This document shows, piece after piece, positions 55,852 to 62,969 of a stretch of 62,969 nucleotides of DNA (position 1 is the first letter of the stretch; every line of letters starts with the position of its first letter). Made by a program: the position numbers and the translations under genes. The stretch spans positions 1 through 62,969 of the forward strand of contig JAFGQT010000082.1 in NCBI GenBank assembly GCA_016935515.1, read 5' to 3'. The notes under the pieces were generated by a model. That model was not told the DNA's origin and made no database searches. It saw only the letters and a list, made by a program, of their open reading frames with translations. Source of the DNA: Bacilli bacterium (GTDB lineage: Bacteria > Bacillota_I > Bacilli_A > Izemoplasmatales > Hujiaoplasmataceae).

Positions 55852-58800
55852 ATGAAAAGATTATTTGTGGTATTTTTTTTGGTGTTTTTTACGCTCGGAC
55901 TTGTGGGATGTGACTTGTTCGGTGGAGCGACAACTTCGCAAGTTGTCACTACTGAAACTTCAACCACGATCACAGAACAAACGACGACAGAGACGTCTGA
56001 TTTGACGTTGCGACTGATGCAGATTTATGAACTTGCTTTGGAGGCCGAAGCCTTTTCTGGCACATATGAAGAGTGGCTTGAGACTGTCAGAGGTCCTGAA
56101 GGCGCTCCAGGAGCAGATGGCCAAGAAGTTCTGATGCAGGTTGCGTCTGGTTATATCCAGTGGAAGCACGAGGGAGATACAACCTGGACTAATCTTATCG
56201 CTCTCACTGCTTTGGCCGGAGCTGATGGAATCGATGGGAAGGAACTCACATTGCAAGTTGCCGAAGGCAAGATTCAGTGGCAATATGTTGGAGATACCAC
56301 TTGGTCAGATCTGATAGATCTTTCTGTAATTACCGGAGCTGATGGAATCGATGGAAAAGAAGTAGCTTTCCAGGTCTTGGACGGCCATATCCAATGGCAG
56401 TACGTGGGTGAGACCAGCTGGGTTGACTTGGTGGATCTTGTTACGCTTACCGGAGAAGCTGGGACCAATGGAAAAGAAGTTGTTATGCAAGTGTCAGGTG
56501 GTTACGTTCAATGGCAATATGTCGGAGACACGACATGGACGAATCTGATTTCAATAGCGACCATTACAGGTGCCGATGGTATTGATGGTACAAATGGCGT
56601 TGATGGAAAGGAAGTCATCCTGCAAGTTACGGATGAATACATCCAATGGCAATACGTCGGTGATACGACGTGGACTAATCTGATTGCCTTGTCAACTCTG
56701 ACGGGCGCAGATGGTCTTGATGGAACCAATGGCACCGACGGACGTGAAGTGACGTTCCAAGTAGCCGATGATTATATCAAATGGCAATATGTCGGAGACA
56801 CGACATGGACAAATCTGATTTCAATAGCGACAATCACAGGTGCCGATGGAATTGATGGCACAAATGGCGTTGATGGAAAGGAAGTCATCTTACAAGTTAC
56901 GGATGACTACATCCAATGGCAGTATGTTGGCGACACAACATGGACGAACTTGATTGCTTTGTCAACTCTGACGGGCGCAGATGGTCTTGACGGAACCAAT
57001 GGCACCGACGGCCGTGAAGTCACGTTCCAGGTAGCCGATGATTATATCAAATGGCAATATGTCGGCGACACGACATGGACAAATCTGATTTCAATAGCGA
57101 CTATCACAGGTGCTGATGGAATACCCGTGACGTTGAGAGTTGATTCAGATTACATTCAGTGGCAGTATGTTGGCGACACAACGTGGACGAACTTGATTGC
57201 CTTGTCAACTCTGACGGGCGCAGATGGTCTTGACGGAACCAATGGCACCGACGGCCGTGAAGTCACTTTCCAAGTAGCCGATGATTATATCAAATGGCAA
57301 TATGTCGGAGACGCGACTTGGACGAATCTGATTTCGATAGCGACAATCACAGGGGCCGATGGAATACCCGTGACGTTGAGAGTTGATTCAGACTATATTC
57401 AGTGGCAGTATGTTGGCGACACAACGTGGACTGATTTAATCGCTTTATCTGATCTTACAGGTGCTGCTGGCAGTGATGGAAAAGAAGTTGAAATGCAATT
57501 GGCTGATGGTTACATCCAATGGCATTATGTCGGTGAAACTACATGGTTGAATCTGGTTTCCGTAGCTTCGATTACCGGAGCTGATGGAATTGACGGTAAG
57601 GAAGTGACTTTCCAAACTTCAACTACCCATATTCAGTGGCAATATGTTGGCGATACTGTCTGGACCGATCTGATTGAACTCGCTACCTTGATTGGACCAC
57701 AAGGAGTTCAAGGCGTAGGGATTTCATCGGCGGTAGTAAATGAAATCGGGGAACTGGTAATCACATATACAGATGCAACGGTAGTCAATCTTGGCCAGTT
57801 GCTCAAGGTTTGCCAAGTGGTGTACAAGGACTACAACGGATATATTCTTTCTGTACAACATGTTTTGTCAGGCAATAACGCGGTTGTTCCAACAGATCCT
57901 TCGCGAGGCGGGTATGATTTTTCTGGCTGGGATCAAGCTTCAACCGATATCGTTGCCGACTTGGAGATCAACGCTACTTATGCAAAACAGGCGTACACAG
58001 TTAACTTCTATGCGTATGATGGGACTCTGCTTAAAACTGAATCAGTGCTTTATCTTGATGGCGCTACTGCACCGGTTGCACCAAGCATTACGGGGAAGAC
58101 ATTTGTCGGATGGTCCGAAGATTATGCTGCTGTAGACGCAAATTTGGATATTGATGCTGAGTACGAGACCAACACTTATCATGTTGATTTTTATGATTAT
58201 AATGGTTCGCTGATGTCTGCTCAAGTAGTAGTGCACGGCGGATCAGCCATTGCTCCGGAATCTCCGGCAAGAGAAGGTTATGATTTCTTAGGCTGGGATC
58301 AGCCATATCTGAACATCACGACAGATCTGGCAATCTACGCCACTTATACTCTAGAGACTTATGCAATAACATATTATGATCGCGAGTATGCGATAATCTC
58401 AACTGAGTCAGTCGAAAGGGGACAGGATGGGACTCCACCTGTGGCTCCGGCAATTGAGGGCTATCGCTTCATTGGTTGGGACAAACCCGTTGAACACGTG
58501 ATGTACGATTTGGATGTGATTGCGCTCTATGAAATCATCGTTTATGAAGTTGTCTTTCGAAATTATGATGGTTCGATTTTTGATATCCAGCATGTTCAAC
58601 ACGGATCAGATGCATCCGATCCTGGATCTCCGACAAAAGTTGGCTGGAGTTTCACAGGTTGGAACCAGACTTATATCTCGGTAACTGAGGATCTTGATAT
58701 TGCGCCAGTGTTCAGTCAACTAAGTTATCAAGTCGATTTCTATGATGAACTTGGCAATTTGGTCGATTCACAGACAGTATTACACGGTGAAGATGCGGTT

Positions 58801-61800
58801 GACCCGTATCCTACAACACCTTCATTGATTAAAACTGGCTACGAGTTTGTTGGCTGGGACGAGACTTTGAAAAATGTGACTGCGAATCTAACATGTCACC
58901 CGATATATGAGATCATCACATATGAAGTCACGTTTGTTGATGATAATTATCATGTGTTTGACGTTCAGACAATTAACCATGGGAGCACTGCTTATTCACC
59001 TTTGACACCATCGAAGACAGGCTATGATTTTGTTGGTTGGGACACTGACTTCTCGAGTGTCACTGCTGATCTTATTGTAATGGCAACTTATGAGATTCGT
59101 TCATTCGTTGTCGATTTCTACGATGCCCAATCAAACCTGTTGGTTTCAGAATCCGTAAATTACATGGATTCTGCGACAGAACCGATGGCACCGATCATCA
59201 TAGGTTATGATTTTGTTTCTTGGGACAAAGATTTCAGTCAGGTCACAAGCTCAATGTCAATTTATCCGATTTATCAGATCAAGACTTATGAAGTGGTCTT
59301 TCATGACAATGATGGTGCTATCTTGAGTTCACAGACCATCTATCATGGTGATGATGCAGTTGCGCCAACGGACATGGATCTTTTTGGCTACACGTTCAAC
59401 GGTTGGGACACGATTTATACGGATGTGGTTTGTGATCTTGAAGTCCATCCATTATATACGGTCAATGAATACAGCGTTGTTTTCGAGGAGAATGGCGGTT
59501 CGTCAGTGACGGATCGTAGCAACGTGACCCACGGTTCAACAATCAGCCTCGAAATTCCCGTTCAGTTGGGATATAGATTCACGGGCTGGTATTTTGGCGA
59601 CACCGAGAACGATGCCAAGTTCTATGCGACTACTCCCGTTACTGGAGATCTGACCTTATATGCTAGGTGGGAGCTCGCCAGTTATGATGTCATCTTCTAT
59701 GATTATGATGATACGATCCTAAGAAAGAGCCTGATTGGTCATGGGTATACGGCTATCGCGCCTGACGATCCTTCTCGTGTCGGCTACACCTTCGAAGGTT
59801 GGGATACGTCTTTCCATGTTGTGGTGACGGATTTGTCTATTCATCCGATCTATATCGCTATAGACTATCCTTTAACAGTGGATGAAAATGGCGGGACATA
59901 CGTTCCGGATATGTTGATAGCTTATGACACTTCAATACCGTTATTGGTCGAACCTTCGCGGAACGGCTATACTTTTGTCGGGTGGTTCAAGGATTCATTG
60001 TTGACAATCCCGTTCGTTAATGACGGATCAACTGAATTAATGCCACTCAACGGACTGTCTATTTATGCCAATTGGGATATCAACCAATATACGATGAGCT
60101 TTGAAGAAAATGGCGGTTCAACAATCGATGATATCACTTTGGATTACAATACCGTAATTCAAGAGCCGACGGAACCAACGCGGACCGGCTATACTTTCAA
60201 GGGCTGGTTCAGTGATCCTGATTTTTCCACCGAGTATGAATTCACAAACATGCCAGCTGAAAATATCACACTTTACGCCAAGTGGCAAATAAACGAATAT
60301 GAAGTATATTATTTCGCTGAAAATGTCAATCTCAGCGAACCAGGATTGATCAACATTGATACCAACGATTTCTTTGTCCAAATAAGTGGTGGTGGAGATC
60401 ATACGATTGCCTTGACCAATGAAGGCAGGGTTTTCACATGGGGTTATAATAATTGGCGTCAACTCGGAGATGGAACAGTTCTAACGCGTACGAGTCCGGT
60501 GGAGATTACAGCCAATCTGCCATTAAACACTGGAGAAAAAGTAGTAGTCGTTGGAGCTGGCAGTCTGCATACGGTCGTATTGACATCTGAGGGACGGATT
60601 TTTACCTGGGGCAACAATGATTATGGACAGCTAGGTAACGACCAGACGAGTTGGATAACGATTAATGACATCACGGCAAGATTTGACTTGGGAAGTGAAG
60701 AAAGAGTTATCAAACTGTCTGTCGGAGATTATCATTCCGGAGTTATCACATCCGCTGGACGAGTCTTCGTTTGGGGTAGCAATTCTTATGGCAAACTGGG
60801 AGACGGTACCGCAATAAACAGTCTCGTTCCGATTGAGATAACACAACAATTCAGTCTGACTGGAGACGAAATCATCAGTTCGCTGGCTTTGGGAGCAGTG
60901 CATTCAGCGGCGGTTACCAGTTATGGCAGAGTCTTCACATGGGGATATAACAATTATGGACAACTTGGTGATGGACTGACGACTTCTTTGGCCTCGCCGA
61001 CAGAGATAACTAGTAACTTTGGATTGGCTATCGATGAATATGTAACTGATATTGATGTCAATGGAAATTTCTCATTGGCAATCACCTCGGACAACAGAAT
61101 TTTCACCTGGGGATTGAACTCCGAATATCAGCTCGGTGATGGAACCAACATCTCGAAATTGCTGCCAAATGAGATCACCCACATGTTTGACTTGGCAGAA
61201 GGGGAGACTTTCGCTTCCGCAAGTCTGGGAACGATTTTCGCAGGTGTATCGACATCTCTAGAAAGAGTGTTCACCTGGGGTTATAATGGCTACAGTCAAT
61301 TGGGCACGGGAACAACACTTTCGGGTCATTCGCCATTTGAAATTACCGGTAACTTCAACATGAGTTGTGAAGATGAAGGAGTTGTGGAAGTTTCCATGGG
61401 GGCTTCGCATTCCACAGCTTTAACATCCAGCGGCCAGATTCATGTTTGGGGTAAGAATTTTTATGGTCAGCTTGGAATAGGCACGACAACCATAAGCGCC
61501 TATCCAGTTCAGCCTAAGTTGTACCATTCCATGCTGCTTGAGAAGTTTGAGGTTTATGCATACAATGCGACATTGACGGAATATATTCCGACAAGAACCG
61601 GCTATAGTTTTGACCAATGGTACACTGACGTCGCGATGACCAATCCTTATGTCTTCTCGACTATGCCGGCAGATGATGTCTATCTCTATTCGGAATGGAT
61701 AGTCAACAGTTACACCATTTCCTTTGAGGAAAATGGCGGTTCGGAAGTCGTTGATATCACTCAGGATTACAAGACAACGGTCGTGGCTCCGACAGAACCA

Positions 61801-62969
61801 ACCAGAACAGCGTATACTTTTATTGGTTGGTTTGCGGATATCGATTTGACGGTCCCTTATACTTTCTCGACGATGCCGGCAGAAAACATCACTTTATACG
61901 CCAAATGGACCAATGTCCCTTACACGATCAGTTTTGAGGAAAATGGCGGCAGCGAAGTTACAGATATAACAGCGTTTTACAATGAACCGGTCGATGCGCC
62001 TGCAGATCCTACTAGAGAAGGATACACTTTCATGGGTTGGTTTGCGGATGCAGGACTTACGACTCCATATGAGTTCACAACCATGCCGCTTGACGGAACT
62101 ACCGTTTATGCGGATTGGGAGATCAATCAATATTCGCTCAGTTTTAATGCGATAGAAGAATACTTGAACCCACAGTTTGAAAATGGAGCAAATCATAGTT
62201 TGTTGTTGACACAGGACAACAGGTTGTATGCGGTTGGCTATAACATTTACGGTCAACTAGGAAATGGAACCTTGACCAACACGACAACGAAAATCGATAT
62301 TACTGATTTCCTAGGACTTGGAGAACTGGAAAGCATTCAAAAGATTGTTGCCGCTTATCACTCAAGTTTTGTTTTGACAACTGATGGACGCTTGTTGGTA
62401 ACTGGAATAAATAGTGATGGCCAACTGGGCATCGGGGATCTTGTCAACCGCAATGTTTTTTGCGATATCACTGCCAATTTCAACCTCGCGACCGGAGAGA
62501 CGATTACCAACGTCTTCTCCGGAGGTTTGGTGACATTTGTATTGACATCTGAAGGCCGTATCTTTGGCTTTGGCGATAACTACGTCGGTTCAGTCGGCGA
62601 CGGTACTAGCAATAATGACCGGACTTTACCTGTGGATATCACCGCTAATTTCGATCTTGAAATAGGTGAAACGATCACTTCTGTAGAGATTGGCTATTAT
62701 CACGCTTATGCCATTACTTCAAATCACCGCGTCTTTAGTTGGGGCAGAAATACTTACGGTCAACTTGGTATCGGATCTTCAGCAGATCAATCATTACCTA
62801 TTGATATCACCGCCAACTTCCCGCTTGAAGTGGATGACTCGATTACAATGGTATCTGCGGGTTTAGATTTTGGAATTGCTCTCAGCGAATCGGGAAGAGT
62901 CTTTACTTGGGGGTACAACTATTACGGGATGTTAGGGGTCAACTATACAGGAAATATTTACTCTCCGCG
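55852..62969 (+). CDS. giant surface lipoprotein (more than 2,372 aa, 3'-truncated by the window end): collagen-like/WQY repeats, Listeria-Bacteroides repeats and two RCC1 propellers
   Basis: RBS aggggga precedes the ATG at 55852. MKRLFVVFFLVFFTLGLVGC is a signal peptide with lipobox LVGC. My manual translation of this frame is stop-free to position 62969. The ORF is absent from the supplied track because it has no stop, and all track ORFs in this span are other-frame or antisense shadows. Confidence 0.9.
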   Translation, partial: MKRLFVVFFLVFFTLGLVGCDLFGGATTSQVVTTETSTTITEQTTTETSDLTLRLMQIYELALEAEAFSGTYEEWLETVRGPEGAPGADGQEVLMQVASGYIQWKHEGDTTWTNLIALTALAGADGIDGKELTLQVAEGKIQWQYVGDTTWSDLIDLSVITGADGIDGKEVAFQVLDGHIQWQYVGETSWVDLVDLVTLTGEAGTNGKEVVMQVSGGYVQWQYVGDTTWTNLISIATITGADGIDGTNGVDGKEVILQVTDEYIQWQYVGDTTWTNLIALSTLTGADGLDGTNGTDGREVTFQVADDYIKWQYVGDTTWTNLISIATITGADGIDGTNGVDGKEVILQVTDDYIQWQYVGDTTWTNLIALSTLTGADGLDGTNGTDGREVTFQVADDYIKWQYVGDTTWTNLISIATITGADGIPVTLRVDSDYIQWQYVGDTTWTNLIALSTLTGADGLDGTNGTDGREVTFQVADDYIKWQYVGDATWTNLISIATITGADGIPVTLRVDSDYIQWQYVGDTTWTDLIALSDLTGAAGSDGKEVEMQLADGYIQWHYVGETTWLNLVSVASITGADGIDGKEVTFQTSTTHIQWQYVGDTVWTDLIELATLIGPQGVQGVGISSAVVNEIGELVITYTDATVVNLGQLLKVCQVVYKDYNGYILSVQHVLSGNNAVVPTDPSRGGYDFSGWDQASTDIVADLEINATYAKQAYTVNFYAYDGTLLKTESVLYLDGATAPVAPSITGKTFVGWSEDYAAVDANLDIDAEYETNTYHVDFYDYNGSLMSAQVVVHGGSAIAPESPAREGYDFLGWDQPYLNITTDLAIYATYTLETYAITYYDREYAIISTESVERGQDGTPPVAPAIEGYRFIGWDKPVEHVMYDLDVIALYEIIVYEVVFRNYDGSIFDIQHVQHGSDASDPGSPTKVGWSFTGWNQTYISVTEDLDIAPVFSQLSYQVDFYDELGNLVDSQTVLHGEDAVDPYPTTPSLIKTGYEFVGWDETLKNVTANLTCHPIYEIITYEVTFVDDNYHVFDVQTINHGSTAYSPLTPSKTGYDFVGWDTDFSSVTADLIVMATYEIRSFVVDFYDAQSNLLVSESVNYMDSATEPMAPIIIGYDFVSWDKDFSQVTSSMSIYPIYQIKTYEVVFHDNDGAILSSQTIYHGDDAVAPTDMDLFGYTFNGWDTIYTDVVCDLEVHPLYTVNEYSVVFEENGGSSVTDRSNVTHGSTISLEIPVQLGYRFTGWYFGDTENDAKFYATTPVTGDLTLYARWELASYDVIFYDYDDTILRKSLIGHGYTAIAPDDPSRVGYTFEGWDTSFHVVVTDLSIHPIYIAIDYPLTVDENGGTYVPDMLIAYDTSIPLLVEPSRNGYTFVGWFKDSLLTIPFVNDGSTELMPLNGLSIYANWDINQYTMSFEENGGSTIDDITLDYNTVIQEPTEPTRTGYTFKGWFSDPDFSTEYEFTNMPAENITLYAKWQINEYEVYYFAENVNLSEPGLINIDTNDFFVQISGGGDHTIALTNEGRVFTWGYNNWRQLGDGTVLTRTSPVEITANLPLNTGEKVVVVGAGSLHTVVLTSEGRIFTWGNNDYGQLGNDQTSWITINDITARFDLGSEERVIKLSVGDYHSGVITSAGRVFVWGSNSYGKLGDGTAINSLVPIEITQQFSLTGDEIISSLALGAVHSAAVTSYGRVFTWGYNNYGQLGDGLTTSLASPTEITSNFGLAIDEYVTDIDVNGNFSLAITSDNRIFTWGLNSEYQLGDGTNISKLLPNEITHMFDLAEGETFASASLGTIFAGVSTSLERVFTWGYNGYSQLGTGTTLSGHSPFEITGNFNMSCEDEGVVEVSMGASHSTALTSSGQIHVWGKNFYGQLGIGTTTISAYPVQPKLYHSMLLEKFEVYAYNATLTEYIPTRTGYSFDQWYTDVAMTNPYVFSTMPADDVYLYSEWIVNSYTISFEENGGSEVVDITQDYKTTVVAPTEPTRTAYTFIGWFADIDLTVPYTFSTMPAENITLYAKWTNVPYTISFEENGGSEVTDITAFYNEPVDAPADPTREGYTFMGWFADAGLTTPYEFTTMPLDGTTVYADWEINQYSLSFNAIEEYLNPQFENGANHSLLLTQDNRLYAVGYNIYGQLGNGTLTNTTTKIDITDFLGLGELESIQKIVAAYHSSFVLTTDGRLLVTGINSDGQLGIGDLVNRNVFCDITANFNLATGETITNVFSGGLVTFVLTSEGRIFGFGDNYVGSVGDGTSNNDRTLPVDITANFDLEIGETITSVEIGYYHAYAITSNHRVFSWGRNTYGQLGIGSSADQSLPIDITANFPLEVDDSITMVSAGLDFGIALSESGRVFTWGYNYYGMLGVNYTGNIYSP
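56092..57720 (+). repeat. 13 tandem coding modules (about 36-45 aa each): (Gly-X-Y)2-5 linker plus V.FQV.D.YIQWQYVGDTTWTNLI.L..LTG
   Basis: I counted thirteen [IV][QK]W[QKH][YH][VE]G[DE]T..W..L cores. The linkers include GPEGAPGADGQE, GADGIDGKE, GADGIDGTNGVDGKE and GADGLDGTNGTDGRE, and the block ends with GPQGVQGVG. Confidence 0.85.
56511..57432 (+). repeat. higher-order DNA tandem repeat (units of 270, 270 and 243 bp plus a partial unit) within the module array
   Basis: atggcaatatgtcgg(a/c)gac(a/g)cgac recurs at 56511, 56781, 57051 and 57294. My manual alignment of units 1 and 2 gives about 24 differences in 270 bp, mostly at third codon positions. Confidence 0.85.
57805..60294 (+). repeat. 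13 tandem Listeria-Bacteroides repeat (Flg_new-type) domains
   Basis: Units of about 61-72 aa recur with the pattern Y.V.F.D..G..L..Q.V.HG..A..P..P...GY.F.GWD......DL.I...Y. The last units are the canonical form FEENGGS...P.R.GYTF.GWF.D......F..MP...I.LYAKW. Confidence 0.8.
60295..61544 (+). repeat. RCC1-type beta-propeller, seven blades
   Basis: There are seven repeats of H..ALT..GRVFTWG.N.YGQLGDGT, for example HTIALTNEGRVFTWGYNNWRQLGDGT and HSTALTSSGQIHVWGKNFYGQLGIGT. Confidence 0.8.
61545..62127 (+). repeat. 3 further Listeria-Bacteroides repeat domains
   Basis: Examples are SFEENGGSEVVDITQDY...PTRTAYTFIGWFAD...TMPAENITLYAKW and two relatives. Confidence 0.8.
62128..62969 (+). repeat. 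second RCC1-type propeller (at least 5 blades before the window ends)
   Basis: Blades include HSLLLTQDNRLYAVGYNIYGQLGNGT, LTTDGRLLVTGINSDGQLGIGD, LTSEGRIFGFGDNYVGSVGDGT, ITSNHRVFSWGRNTYGQLGIGS and LSESGRVFTWGYNYYGMLG. Confidence 0.8.

Noticed and set aside
56092-57720. Regularly spaced repeats that might be mistaken for a CRISPR array or a satellite
   Set aside because: The repeats are in frame and protein-coding, with 135- and 270-bp periods and conserved amino-acid motifs. There are no short direct repeats separated by unique spacers, and no cas genes are present.
55656-62256. About 15 short ORFs listed in the track across this span (for example 55960..56283 -, 56508..56735 -, 57791..58135 +, 60118..60462 -, 61894..62256 -)
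   Set aside because: All lie inside or antisense to the single long open frame starting at 55852, whose product has coherent domain repeats. The short ORFs have no independent support.

Overview
This 62,969-bp window comes from a low-GC Gram-positive-type genome (Bacillota/Mycoplasmatota-like). It uses the standard genetic code: TGA ends conserved genes such as glgP and ung. Lipoproteins carry Thr-rich linkers, and many gene junctions are 4-nt ATGA overlaps. No rRNA, tRNA, CRISPR array, transposase or integrase was seen.

Layout:
1. 1-16.1 kb is a housekeeping core. It holds the glgP 3' end, a cyclase-fold hydrolase, an FMN riboswitch with a RibU-like transporter, GDPD, a nitroreductase, pgcA, ung, an ECF S-component, a divergent GH13 enzyme, and gpmI-eno-secG-rnr-smpB-ssrA (tmRNA).
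2. 16.7-30.7 kb is a roughly 13-kb single-strand operon behind an IclR (KdgR-like) regulator and a consensus promoter. It encodes an LplABC-type ABC importer, an MsmK-type ATPase bracketed by four unrecognisable small membrane proteins (a fifth leads the operon), two signal-peptide-less heparinase II/III-like proteins, KdgF and an SDR. I read this as an unsaturated-uronate oligosaccharide utilisation locus.
3. 33.3-52 kb is a second carbohydrate locus. It has a GH63/MGH1-like hydrolase, an SGNH esterase, a CdaR regulator, a CUT1 ABC importer, a GH13_18 sucrose-phosphorylase-family enzyme, glycerate kinase, a GT4 glycosyltransferase, GH4, an MDR dehydrogenase, a xylose-isomerase-like TIM barrel, a Gfo/Idh/MocA oxidoreductase and GH65. 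This fits glucosylglycerate/mannosylglucosylglycerate-type solute catabolism plus an NAD-dependent oxidative glycoside-cleavage module.
4. 52.2-55.6 kb has a cupin and a membrane PAS-GGDEF(degenerate GGGEF)-HD-GYP c-di-GMP protein.
5. 55,852 to the window end is one open reading frame of more than 2,372 codons that is absent from the supplied ORF track because it has no stop in the window. It encodes a giant surface lipoprotein: 13 collagen-like/IQWQYVGDTTWTNLI modules, 13 Listeria-Bacteroides repeats, a 7-blade RCC1 propeller, 3 more Listeria-Bacteroides repeats and a second RCC1 propeller.

The candidates for undescribed biology are the giant mosaic lipoprotein with its upstream attenuator-like leader, the membrane-protein set around the ATPase, and the GT4 plus oxidoreductive module in the glycoside locus. 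All functional calls rest on motifs read by eye; no database search was run.
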